In this document: one piece after another, positions 25,761-38,333 of the stretch
Layout: every line of letters starts with the position of its first letter
Position numbering within the stretch: position 1 is the first letter of the stretch
Assembly (NCBI GenBank): GCA_051362555.1
Contig: CM120640.1
Coordinates: 43,192,788 to 43,256,787 of the forward strand
Direction of reading: 5' to 3'
Length of the DNA: 64,000 bases
DNA from: Lingula anatina
Taxonomy: Eukaryota > Animalia > Brachiopoda
Translations under genes and position numbers: made by a program
Notes under the pieces: model-generated
Told to the model about the DNA's origin: nothing
The model's input: only the letters and a program-made list of their open reading frames with translations
The model's database searches: none

Positions 25761-28700
25761 CTACTGCATACTCCCAGCTAGCTGCAAGGCCTGTGGACAC
25801 TCTATAATCACTCTGGCCACGAGCCTGTCAATGTAATTCTTCATATTTCTGTTCTCTTCTTTCAAAGCTGGAAAAAGTTTAGAAGTCTTTAACATATCTC
25901 AATATCTACATAATCAAAAGAAAAAGAAATATTTTCATCATCTCTGCATTATATGTAATAATGTGGTGTATCCTTGGACACAACCCTAAAATGAAAGATC
26001 ATTATCTCAACAGGCCAACTTAAAGTACTGTTACTCGAAGATAACATTTTTATGTCTGCTGATAATAAGGGTAATTATAACATCCTGTCATTTTAAATGA
26101 GAGGGCTAAATACCTCCCAATTTCTAAATCTAGTATGCTCGGGAAAGTACACGCTCTTGTGCGAGGGATGTATGTGCAAACCAGTGTGTTACCTCTCACC
26201 TTTGGCCAACAAAAAGTCCACTGATTACTTTTTCAATTCTTCATTGTGGCAAACACACTGATAAGACTACTCTCTCTCTATTCAATATTTAAGTTGTAAG
26301 GCACTCACACTAAATCAAATATGCTAGACAAAACTACTTAGATCCTTTTTTTAATGTTTGAATAAGGCTTTGCTTATGCATTACCTTGATTTTCTTGCTG
26401 CAGACTGAGGACTTTAACTACGAGGTCATCTTTGGAAATTTCTACAAAACAAAGTGGGCAAAACTTTAATGTCAATGCATTGCTTACATCCAACAGCTCA
26501 GAAAGTGTGGCTATTACTGTCTCACAGATATACAACAATTTTTCCAAATTAACTACCAATAAACTTGATATAAAATTATATATATAGCTTAAAGGATTGC
26601 ATTTAGCAGAGACATGGTCAATGGCTGGTTAATAGATTGTTAAAACTTACAGTGGGCACTGACCATGCCAAGGCTATTCTCACATGAAACAAGCTATTAA
26701 TGGTCTCATGGGTGACATTTTACCTGTCAGGACTGTCTGGCTGTTGATAGAATCAGGGTCTCTGTGGTTTTCATTCATGGCATTAAGACTGGCAGTTGAA
26801 GTACGCTTAATATTCTAAAAGAGAACAATGTTATTATAAACATACTTAATATGCAATTTATACGCAGAAGGTTTATTCCTCCTTTTGTTCCTGTAGTTTT
26901 CATTTTTCAATTTTAATAAATATGCTACCAAAAACTGACACACTGTCCATGCTGAGTGGTAAATATTTCACGTGCAAAAATATTGCTGTACTAAACCATT
27001 AACAATGTACCAAAGATAATCATTTATCAAGGGGTATTTAACAAGTACCCTACTACAACTAATGGCAACTATTATATTTCCATATCTGAACAAACTACAT
27101 CCACATGATACTGTTAGTACCTACCTTTCTTGCTGGTTTTTCAGGCCTTGGCTTTTTCTGCTGTCTTTGCTCATAGAGATGTTGTTTCTGGTCAGTGGTA
27201 TTTAACTTCTCTTCTTCTTTAGGCGGAATTTCTTTGACTTCGCAAAACTTGAAACTTTGTGGGGCTTCAGTGTACCCCCCCGAACTGGTCACAAGGTATA
27301 CTTTTCCCTCTCTTGCGTACCAAGGCTTGGTTGTGCAAAAAATCTTAGATGGAGACTCATACTCAACATTCATCAAACAGTCTGCCTCACACACCCTCAA
27401 TTCTGCGATATCATCCAAGTTCTTTCCCAGGTTAATTCCTTCCAGTGTTATTTTTGTGCCCCCTTTCACTGAACCTTCAGTGGGAGAAATACTGATAATT
27501 TGAGGCTCGTCGTGAGGCTGTGAATCTAAGTCTATGTCTTCCATTTCCACAGCAGAGAGTAACTGTGGATTACTGTTTCTACGAGACAGATCGGGGATAC
27601 TTGCTGTTTTGTGCAGTCCTGTATTTTCCTCTTCCTGTTGTTTCTCGTCATTAGAAATAAACAGTGAGGCTATATCCAACATGGATTTGGAAGCAAGTTT
27701 CTTTAGTCTTCCCAAGTTTGATTTTTCTTCCAAGGATGGAGGCACTATATTTCCTTCAGTCTTTGACCTCTTGTGCGGAGACATTTTTAAAGTCTGCTTT
27801 AGCTTTTTAAACGATCCCCCACCCTTGGTGGTCTGTCCATCTGGTTTGATGACTGTGGCGTTACACGACCCATACTTGACAACACAGCTCTGGTAAAGCA
27901 ATTCGCCCTGTGGGTCTTGGGCTTTTTTATGAGCCTGGAGACGGACAGCCACTGGACGTTTCCCAGACTCTGGTGGAAGACTGCTAATAAGAACTGTCAC
28001 TTGTCCCAGGACCTCATCCTTGTCTGTCACTAGTAATGTCAGCTTATCCTTGCCTTGTACAGGGCTGAAAAGAGAAACCAATTCCAATCATATATCAAAG
28101 AATCTAAATGCATTAATATCATGATATGGCCAATTTCAACTACTATTTCCCACAGCTTGCTTACAAAGTCAACCATTACTTTCCGTATCTTAGAAGAAAT
28201 CAACAATTATTTCCCACCTCCATAAGCTGTATAGTTATCATTCATCAACAAAATTGAATAAAATGCTTTACCCACATATTTTGAAAAAGGACACATCTAT
28301 GGCTAGACTGTGAGTCAAATAATAAAAGGAGACATATCCCAGTGCACATATGCCTATGGTTACACTATGATTATGTAGTAAAACCATGCATAAAATATCA
28401 AGATTATATCTCTCAGTTATTACAGAGAGGTGGTCTTATACTTCCAAGTAAAACCCCACAATGGGAAACAGTTGTCTTACTAATAATAAGACTTCTGTAA
28501 ATGATAAGCTTCTTTCACTGCCACCCCCCCCCCCCCCCCAAAAAAAAAAAAAATGGTTGGGGAAAGATTAGAAGCTTTGTAGTAAAATGTGACTATGATA
28601 ATTTTTTTAGCCTTGCAGTCTGATGTCAGTATCAGTATAGTTACTGGCTAAAGCTTATATCAAATATATATTCTAATAACCCCCAGTGTCTGGAATTTCT

Positions 28701-29245
28701 TTAATTTTTTTCCAATAACTTATAAGTTCCTATTAGGTATATACCTATATAGTATCTAATAGTTATTGGAAAAAAATGCTAATATATATTGACAGAAACA
28801 CCAATCTGATATAAAGTACAAAAATATGAGTTCAAATCACTTAAACTGTTTAAAATATATATTAGATCATCATAATGATTATGAATTCATATTGTTCTGT
28901 CATTTATATGACCTTCATTATTCAACTCCATATCATAGCTTATCCTATGCTTTTTTGTATCTACCTATAATAGTATGAGAGATTCACAACTTAACCTGGC
29001 CTTTACATAAAAGAGTTACCTAAATAGAGTTCTTGCAGTCGACATGGTCAGTTAACCAGATTAGTTTTGACCGTTACATGTAGGCTTATGAAAGGGAGTA
29101 AAAATGACAGAACAATATGAATGCATAATTACATGTTAGGACTAGTCAAACTGGAACGATACAGAAAACTATTAGGCTGAGTGTGACACAGGTCGTAGTT
29201 GCTTTAAAATTTCCAAACCCAATTTTTTGGTGTGTATATGTATGT

Positions 29246-29276
<31 letters not shown>

Positions 29277-29655
29277 GAGGTCTTGGGACAAGTCATAATA
29301 CTGTTCAACAGACTGGAACTAATATCAAATTCTGCATGGTAATCACATAGTAATCACATACTTACATGATACACTCCTCATTCCACTCTGGGTTACCTAG
29401 AGGATCACTGACAACCTGGGTCCTGAACTTACTCTGCCCTATGCCAAATATCACTGAATACTTGGCCCTGCCTACAACCCACAAGTAATGTTTCAATTAT
29501 ATGGAAATATTTACTTTTTTTGAAGGCATTATTTGTAAGTTTGTAAAACATCCTAAAATTGTTAGAACATTTTGGAAGAGATAAGGATTTACAGAAAGAT
29601 GGCAATACTACACAGATAATACCCAGTTAAATAGAAAAGTAATTTTTTAAGCAAT

Positions 29656-29731
<76 letters not shown>

Positions 29732-30487
29732 ATGCACCTGTAAGTGTGTCTTAGTGATATATATATCAGATTATAATCAAGACATACCCTTTTTTCTTCT
29801 TTGCAACCCTCTTCCACTCAATACTACACAAGAGAAGAAAAAAAATACAAATAAAATTTCAGAATTTCATTTATAAGAAAAGCAAATTTAGACAGCATAG
29901 TGGCAAATGTTCACATCAAAATAAAAGTAAAATAAATGTGCTTCATATCTGCCATGTTTAAACATTTGATTTTTGCAGTGGTAAAAAACTGAATTCAAAG
30001 TCATGCACATAGACTAATAATGGCAAAAGGAGGCAATAAATTCAAGATGGCTTTCAACAGTATGTTGTTAGTAAGTAAATAAGGCAAGATTTACATTAAA
30101 CATAAAGGGAACAATATGGAGATCTGTAGAATTCAAAATCTGCCTTTCAAAGTCATAGTGGTTACTCATTAACAGGGGCAAGACTTGCATGTTTGGTATT
30201 ACAATATTAAATATGGAATCAACTTGCAAACAAACAATTTCTTTCCTCTGTTTTTTTAAGTCAAATAAGAAATGAATGTGCTTCCTGACAGTTCAACCTT
30301 TGCCTATCAGTAATTGTCATGAATAATAATAATCAAAACTGTCAAGTCACTTAAAGAACTTTTGTAAAATCCTTTTACTTATTTGGCTCTTTGGACAATT
30401 TGACATCTCAACAGAGAATATCCTTTCAGTAATATGGGCAATATGCCTACATGACATACCCAAAATTGATACTTCTTCTGCCTCCAT
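25761..30487 (-). CDS. Class I Rab11-family-interacting-protein-like gene (C2 domain + IPT/TIG + C-terminal FIP-RBD), 7 coding exons
   Basis: Exons 30487-30460, 29823-29788, 29471-29366, 28064-27125, 26814-26724, 26441-26385 and 25867-25761, all GT-AG and in frame. N-terminal C2 domain: MEAEEVSILVLSGRGLQRRKKGRAKYSVIFGIGQSKFRTQVVSDPLGNPEWNEECII...LTLLVTDKDEVLGQVTV. C-terminal FIP-RBD: LKEENRNMKNYIDRLVARVIIECPQAL. Confidence 0.88.
28877..29131. repeat. Imperfect inverted repeat pair (MITE-like) in an intron
   Basis: ATTATGAATTCATATTGTTCTGTCATTT (~28878) versus AAATGACAGAACAATATGAATGCATAAT (~29102-29129). Confidence 0.5.
29658..29729. repeat. (TG)n microsatellite
   Basis: Pure dinucleotide run of about 72 bp. 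Confidence 0.95.
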
Positions 30488-32324
30488 ATGTCTCTCTGTC
30501 TCCTACAGCTTGAATATAGTCAACACTCCTGAAAACATACAATAATCATTTCAAGTCAAACTGTCAGACTGACACAAATTCTGTCAATAAAAGTAGCAAT
30601 AAAAGAATAAGAATTGCTAATACAGATTAAAACTGCAGCCTCTGACTAGAAGTAATACACAGTGCCTAGCAGAAATATATATATAAAAGGGGAAACTGTC
30701 ACACAAATACCCCTCACAAAGGGGAATTCCCTTTACATACTACTAAACATGAAAAACATTTCTCAACTGCCTATTAAACTGCATATTCCAAACACTACAT
30801 GCCCATTAGCCTTCATATACAAATTCATACATTCCATGTTGTGATATATAGTTTGTTCCGATGCATGATAGCCATAGATATAAATCACTAAAATAATTAC
30901 AACCTGTCCTAGGAAAAAATGACTAGGTTTGCTGATACCCTAGAACAGACAGCAGTGGAAAAAGCAAGCTAAATTTCCATACAGATCTTTTTCAGCAGGT
31001 GCCTCAGAGTTGATGTTCATCAAAAATAACCTTTATTTTATTTTTAATAAATTGCTTATACGTTCTTCTTTTGTGCTGAAGATACAGGCAGCTCCCATAT
31101 TTGCTTTTAGTGTAGCGGAGAGAGTAGTATAAAAGGCGCTATTGTTGTTTATGTAGGATAATCATTAAGAAATATTTGGTGACGCCGGAGACCCATCAAA
31201 ATAATGCGTCCGTTAATGTGAATTCCGACTAGCCATTAACACCCTGCATTCTGGCTTGATACTCAAGTTAACTATGCATGAGTGAGTTTGAGACATGTTC
31301 CTCTACTGGCTCTTACCCCCTTCTCAAAATACAGCCATTACAATTTCATGTTATCACCTAAGTTCTACATTAACGAGATAGCAAAGAGATAAGCTATGTC
31401 TGTGTCATTAACGAAAGAAACCCAACAGTTTGTACTCAGACTATCCAAATAGTTGCGCGATAACAAAGATAAACAAAGATAACAAACCTTAGCCATTCCA
31501 GTCGCAGGTGTTGTAATTGCTCAGCAGTAAATGGTTACATTCTTGCGATTGGTTGAATGGGATGTCGGCACAACAAACGCAATCGGTGCAATCTCGGTAG
31601 ATCCCCGTTACATTGCGTTTTTGAAGATGTGAGAGCTATTAGTCGAGTCCTGTTCATACGGTCGTTTAAATCAAGGAATTAGATCTTATTTCCTGTTAAA
31701 ATCAAGAAATCATTTATCGTTTAAACACAGTCGAATGCGATTTTAATGGGTAAAGGGAGCTAGATAAGTTTCCCTTGATATTGTAATATAAATTCTAAAG
31801 GGTAGCGAGGCAAGCGTCATTTATGACATAAATGCATCGTTAACCATCATATCTGTCTATCATTGACGTAAAACGGGTCATTGGTTAATTTCTGTTGTTT
31901 TCTGGTGTGTACTCGGCTACTCCAGGAAATACATCAATAAAGCGAGTAATATCATATAATCTGAGTGACTTAGGATTTAAGCAAGTGTAAATATTGAATG
32001 TTCAGAATGTAGTCTAATGATCTTAAAAAGTGACCCCCATACATAAAACCTGCACTTGAAACACGGTGTTCGTCATGCAGTAGGCTATCATATATAAATG
32101 CAAAGGATCACGCACAACGCCATTTTGATCCGGCCACCCTCAGTCACCCTGAGCTTCAGAGATAACTTGCCACTAACCTCTTCACTATAGCCTATCTTCA
32201 TCGTGTCAAGTTACCTCTGACCACATTCGATAGCTCCCGCCGCCCGCCAATCAAATTTAAAGCCCGCACTCAATGACTCATTGAACGATCTAGCCAATGA
32301 ACGCGAACGAGTCAAAGCGCGCTT

Positions 32325-32498
32325 GGGGGCGTCTCGATAGTCCGAAGGTTCATTGGTCCGAAGGTTCATTGGTCCGAAAAGTGGTAACATTTTTATCGAT
32401 TTTTTAATCAGGGGTTCATTGGTCCGAAGGTTCTATAGTGAACATTCGGACCAATGAACCTTCGGACTATTGAACCTTCGGACTATCGCTACGCCCCC
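32325..32498. mobile_element. 174-bp MITE nested in the 820-bp element
   Basis: TIRs GGGGGCGTCTCGATAGTCCGAAGGTTCA / TGAACCTTCGGACTATCGCTACGCCCCC. 8-bp TSD GCGCGCTT at 32317-32324 and 32499-32506. Internal 16-bp units GGTTCATTGGTCCGAA occur in both orientations. Confidence 0.9.
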
Positions 32499-32519
32499 GC
32501 GCGCTTTGTTCAAATCCGG

Positions 32520-32715
32520 ACCAATCAAAGATAAGGCTGAATATCAGGGACTTGCCGTAACCTGTGGGCAGCACGCAAAATACATCATCCCTCAGTAGAT
32601 AATGATGCAGGGCCTCAAACTGATCTGGTTTCAATTCCGATATACTCATATTTTGCAAAGAATCAAGAGATAACTTAACACATTAATTTACGTAGTCACT
32701 CGTAGGAGACGCCAT
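32520..32715 (-). pseudogene. N-terminal fragment of a RecQ-like superfamily-2 helicase
   Basis: MASPTSDYVN*CVKLSLDSLQNMSISELKPDQFEALHHYLLRDDVFCVLPTGYGKSLIF contains a Q motif (LKPDQ) and Walker A/motif I (LPTGYGKS). It has one in-frame TAA and is truncated after motif I. Confidence 0.8.
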
Positions 32716-34622
32716 GCTTTCTTTGTGTACGGTTATACACTCGGAACTACTCGGATGTCTCCGCACTCGACAATAACTTTGTTGTTAGTATGGAGCTTGC
32801 GGAATCAGCCGAGGATTGCCGATTGACGGTGAAAAATTTTGAAACATGGATTCGATTGGCTTATATAAACTAGGTCAAACTATTTTCGTCAGAGGTAACT
32901 TGACACGATGAAGATAGGCTATAGTGAAGAGGTTAGTGGCAAGTTATCTCTGAAGCTCAGGGTGCCCTCAGTCCGATAAATTATCAACAGCCGCTACAAT
33001 CTGGGAATGTGTAGTAGTTTAATACCAAACGAATCAAATGCAGAAACAAAGTACATACCGTTACACTTTGGGTAAAGGTGCGTTAACGCGTTGTCGAAAA
33101 AGTAACCATAGATAAAGAAAAGAATTAGGGCCTTCTTGATTCAATAGGGCCAAGTTACGGGCAGTTTTTCGTCTGCTCTTAGTGTGATCTCTATGCACGG
33201 CCTCTTATTCCCCATAGAAGAAAATTGCACTCTCTGAAGTACACAGATTCACTGTCAAAACGTTTTTATCAAACCATTCCGTGTCGCCTACATGACGATT
33301 GAAATCCATTAACTATAACCTTCTCTCGCCATAATGAGTAACTCGAATTAAATTCAATTTAACATAGTCATAGGTCATGTAAAGGTAATAAATCGCGAAA
33401 TATGCTGTTTTCTCTCTTATATCAAAATGCATTTCATATAGCTACAGCAAAACTAATTTAACCGAAAGTTATTGTCTCATAGACCACCGTGTTAACAAAA
33501 TATAGCCTACTGTTAATATACTGTTTATTTAAAAAAATTATTTACATATTCCACAGATCACAGACCATATAAATACATAAAGCACCCCTTAACTTCTGTC
33601 ATCATTTGAAATCTCCAACTTGTTATCTGGAGGTTTAACAAATATAAAAGTATTCTCTGGACAAGGTTTTCAAACACAACAATAATACTAAAATCTATCT
33701 TTTAAAAACTATATATAAAGGTTTGGCACAAGAGAAGACATCTTTTCTACTACATTATCTAAAGTTTAAATCGTTATTAAAGACCCAATAAACGTACACA
33801 ATAAAAAGGCTTCTTATTACAGAAAAAAATAGAATTATAAAATAGAACATGAATACCATTTAATTAGAAAATAAAAGCCAAGATGCTTGACACAGCAGTA
33901 TCATCAAATCACTATCTAAAGATAGTTTAATCAGGACAGATTCACAGGGGTTTGAGGGTTCGGTCGAATTCCCTTACTGAGATCTCTATCATACAACAAT
34001 TAAAAAAATGACTCCATCTGTGCCGGTGATGTTTCAAATCCCTTCACTCTGATATCATGTTTTTGCCTCTATCCAGTATTCCATAGCGCCTTGTAACTTT
34101 AGACAGGTCTATTTTCAGCATTCAGCATACAACGCACAGCAATCGCTTACTAACTAAGACTCTCACAAGCGGTGTACAGCATCAGGAATTGCACATTAAA
34201 CCATTGTACTAGAAGGAGTTACGAAGTTATTAAAAATATCATGAGATGAACTGTCCTTTCAGCAAGCCAGCTAGCTCTTTGTGGTTAACGGAATCACTGC
34301 ACCTGAAATGAAAGTAATAAAATAAACAATTTAACTTTTTTGTGTACAAGTTATGTTCACATTGCGCATCATTCAAGCAACAGTGTTTTAAACATCATGT
34401 CAAAATTGCATTTTGATATTAAGTCGAGGAAATGGCTACTACTGAGAATAGCATTGAAAACGTCTCTCATTAAGGCCACTTGCTGTAGATAAAATGACAC
34501 GATAGACACATCTGTGTGATTCTCAGCCTGAGATCAGAGTCACACCGTGCATGCTTGGATAATTTCCCGTAACATACAGGTGCTTTGCTGGGGACAGGGT
34601 CACGGTGTACACGGCAAGGAAA

Positions 34623-35324
34623 ATGGCGCGGGTGACTTTGGCCATATCTTCCCTGAGATGGCTTATGTTGATCGCGCTGTTGCTAGATTCAGACCTGTCT
34701 CATCGCACGGTGAGTTTTAAAGGATTGTTTTAAATTATGTAATGATTGCAGTGATAAATGGCATTCAAGGCATAAACGCAGGTGCTGTCAATAAACATAA
34801 CTTGATTTTTATGTTTAACAAACACATAGTGAGCACAGACCCTCAAGTTGGGACATGAATTGATAAGCGTTTTAATGCATGTATTACGAAGAGAGAATCC
34901 TTTGCTAGAAGTGAGAAATGAAAATGACGAATGAGTAATAATAAGAAATATTCATTAAATTCTAGGTGGCCAAGGGTTTCCTGCTAAGCGCAGGTATACT
35001 ATCTGCTTAAATTTGGAATGTCTTTGAAACACGAACGAAATAGTAATGGAAGTAACCACATCTGAGTTAAACAGTGTCACTTCTCTGCTGTGCTACAATT
35101 ATGACATTTCATAGCATTCGTTTATAGCTTGGATTCTAAAATTAAATAGATCATATTTGAAAATACTACACAACACGGATCTTGAACTTATTCAGATTAA
35201 GAATAATTCACATGACAGCGTGTTGCACAGTAAGGTATTTTGCTTTATTTCTTCTATTTAATGGAAATTATCCTGTTCTTCACATAGGTCCAGACCCAAA
35301 AGACCCCGAAGAAGCAGGTGAGCG

Positions 35325-35367
<43 letters not shown>

Positions 35368-35371
35368 AGCA

Positions 35372-35409
<38 letters not shown>

Positions 35410-37265
35410 TTAAATTAATAGTTTACAATAATGTATTTTATTCTTTAAAAATTATAGTCATAAATGTGACTTATATCTTTACTCCTAGGGAAGTTTGAGG
35501 GTGACATTGACATCAGTAGTGACGGTCTGGTATGTAGTTTACCCAGAATCCACGAGTCGCATTTCTTTTTAACTTCCCTTCTTATTTTCTATAATGTTAA
35601 TAGGCCTATATATCCGAATTCCACGTCCGCCGTAAATCGCGTTAGTATAAATGCGTTTAAATATTTTCATATGACATTCTCGCGTTATTTATTTTGAGAT
35701 GTGACACAATGACTAAAATTTAGCATAACCGTAGCTTCATATTTCTCATTTGTAGCGGAGTGGAAAAGTTTAATTCGTGATAACTACATCCATTTTCGAT
35801 GTTTGTCGACTCTTTTCTTTCTGAATTTTCAGAAGCGTAACGTAATTTTGTCTGCAAGTAAATGGAAGAATGGAACTGTGTTTTATGAGATTGACCAGAA
35901 ATATGGCAAGAAAACGTGATATTCTAAAATATAATACGTTTCTTTTTACACATATTTATATGACAATGATTTATTCATCATTACATTATCCATGATAGCA
36001 TGAACCTTCTATTAAATCTGTCCTTAGTATATCATAATTATTGTTTTTCTTGTTATCATTATTATTTATATTATTTGTGCAGCATTTGTTTTATTGTTTG
36101 TTTTTTTTAATTTTAGTGTCATGGCAGAGTAAGGCTATCACTCGTGCATTGCGCGAGTTTGAGCGTCTCGTGAATAAAAAGGGCCCTTGTATTCATTTTC
36201 TTCCCAGATTCCAAGAGAAGGATTACGTTTTTATCAGTCCTGTGAAACCAAGGTGAGTATTGGGATTTATCTTTGATTCCTTATTTAATAAATTTCGGGT
36301 AGCCTATGTTGTTTATGGTCTTACCATAGCAGTTTTTTGTTATATCAAAGCAAAGCTAATATATAATTTTAACTTTTTGTCCAAATAATATCGTGGACAT
36401 ACACGATGTACGATCTTACTAACCAAATAGGCGTAGAATATCACTGAATTCTATTTGATCGACCTGGACATCTATCATTTCAGCTGTTATTCTAAGCTGG
36501 GCCGTGACGGTGGTAAACAAGTTACATCCCTAGGGATTCCATGCCTGTATCTTCCAGGGAAAGTCATGCATGAGATGATGCACGTGCTGGGGTTCCTACA
36601 CGAACAGAGCCGTACTGACAGAGATGGCATGGTAAAGATTGCCTGGGAAAATATCGAGGACGGTAGGAAATTCTCCAGCACTTTCTGTTTTGAATTTAAC
36701 GGCGTATCCCACGATACTTCAGGACAGGTGACCACTTTCGGCCATTTAAAATGAAGCGTTTCGTTATTTTTCAGTGTGACATATTTATATATTATTTATT
36801 TGCAAGGAACATCGTCATTTTGCCTCAAAGAATATCAAAGAAACTATTTTTCAAAACTGTAATGAAATATGGAAAACGTGGGACCATCTGTTGAGCAAAC
36901 TGCATTCGTCGTCGCAACTAACGCAATGCTGCGTATCCACACGCCGTTTGCCCCTTGATACAAAATGCTTACAAACGCATTTTACCATTGTGTATGTTTA
37001 AATAATACTGCTTACCATTTCAGGGCACGCAATGAATTTTGACAAATACAACCCCCAGACAGCAGACGGACTGAACCTTCCATATGACTACGGCAGCGTG
37101 ATGCATTACAGCGAGAAAGCGTTTTCAAAGAATGGCCGCGACACTATCATCCCTCGTGTTAAAGGTGTGATGATCGGACAAAGAATCACACTGAGCGAGC
37201 TTGATGTTAAGAAAGTGCGACATTACTACAACTGTGATAAAAGTCATGACCTTCAGCTGAAATAA
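34623..37265 (+). CDS. Secreted astacin-family (M12A) zinc metalloprotease, 8 exons, catalytic domain only
   Basis: Exons 34623-34709, 34966-34993, 35288-35317, 35489-35529, 35833-35905, 36117-36252, 36484-36662 and 37024-37265. Hydrophobic N-terminus, prodomain FEGDI, KR/N activation site, zinc motif HEMMHVLGFLHEQSRTDRD, Met-turn YDYGSVMHY, and GQRITLSELD..K...YNC. Confidence 0.93.
35325..35408. repeat. Compound (CT)n(CA)n microsatellite in an astacin intron
   Basis: Visible directly in the sequence. Confidence 0.9.
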
Positions 37266-38333
37266 ATTCAGCTTATCCTTTTCTGAACTCCTTTCGTCCT
37301 CGTAAAATAACTGAGAGATAAACAATTATACTTAGCAACTACGTAGCGAAGAATATTTTTCTCTATTCTAGCGCTTAAAGTGAGTATAAAAGGAAGAGCT
37401 AAATTTACTTATATAACGATATGTTTACCAGCAGACACATTCAGTAATACGTGAAGAAGTTGTGAAGTACGCTGCAAATTCTGTGATGAAAAATAAAACA
37501 CAGCGTGACACATGTATGCTGTTGAACGTGCAAACAAACCACACACAAAACGTGAAGCATTAGTATTTAATATATCATTAAAAAAAAACAACATATTACA
37601 AACTGCGTGCGAGCATTTACATAAACACAATAAAAAATTACAATCAGGCACCGTCCTTACTTGTTGGCATAAATATCATTGCACAGAAGCCAGGAATGGT
37701 TTCCAGTAAAAAATAATACAGTTAGCGTTCATATCACAAAAGCGGTGAGCATGCAGCCGGTCAAATAGACCTACTGCCCTTTCACTTATTACTTTAGCTA
37801 TTCCGATGAACAAATTAATGAAGTTATCAATAATCCATGATCAATTAATCAGTCAGTTAATAACTCAACTACTGAAACAAAATGAAAAAAGCGTTACAAA
37901 ATTTCGGATGTTTTTATCATTGCACACTATATATTCGTTTCTTATCTATATTAGTTAGGTGCGTAGCTCATATACGTTGCATCAAAGTGAAAACATTCTG
38001 CTTGGGAGTTACAAAAACTTTTCACCCGGTAGACAAGCAGAATTCAAATGGGTCCACCCCACCCACCGACCCACGGGATATCATCGAAAAACCGGTCCCT
38101 TGTTTCAGTTATATGTGAGAACCAACTCAAAATTCAGATCTAGTGTAATAATAAGGGATTGACTGCACGAAATAAATCATTCCAAGTAACCCCCCTCGCT
38201 TTAGTGAGTGTGCAGTAAAATATCTAGTTTAATCAAGCTTCTTTGAATGTGCAACTATGCAAACATTATAATGCTCAACAGGATCTCAAAATTCAGCGCA
38301 AAACACAGCAAACACTGACTTTTGCTTTAGATT

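Larger units (their letters stand above)
32145..32964. mobile_element. Non-autonomous DNA transposon with ~75-bp perfect TIRs and 8-bp TSD, carrying a RecQ-like helicase fragment
   Basis: The left TIR CACCCTGAGCTTCAGAGATAACTTGCCACTAACC...TTACCTCTGA is the exact reverse complement of the right end ...TCTGAAGCTCAGGGTG. The direct repeat CCCTCAGT lies at 32137-32144 and 32965-32972. Confidence 0.92.

Noticed and set aside
27195-27896. Plus-strand ORFs opposite the Rab11-FIP-like exon (likewise 38467-39770 and 49362-50961)
   Set aside because: They are antisense shadows of real coding exons.
28705-28777. AT-rich hairpin (TTTTTTCCAATAACT...AGTTATTGGAAAAAA) as a pre-miRNA
   Set aside because: The stem is short, low-complexity and AT-rich. 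A decayed palindromic repeat is more likely, and no ncRNA call can be supported.
32338-32485. Short regularly repeated units suggesting a CRISPR-like array
   Set aside because: The units are adjacent without unique spacers, invert in the second half, and are bounded by TIRs and a TSD. It is a MITE in eukaryotic DNA.
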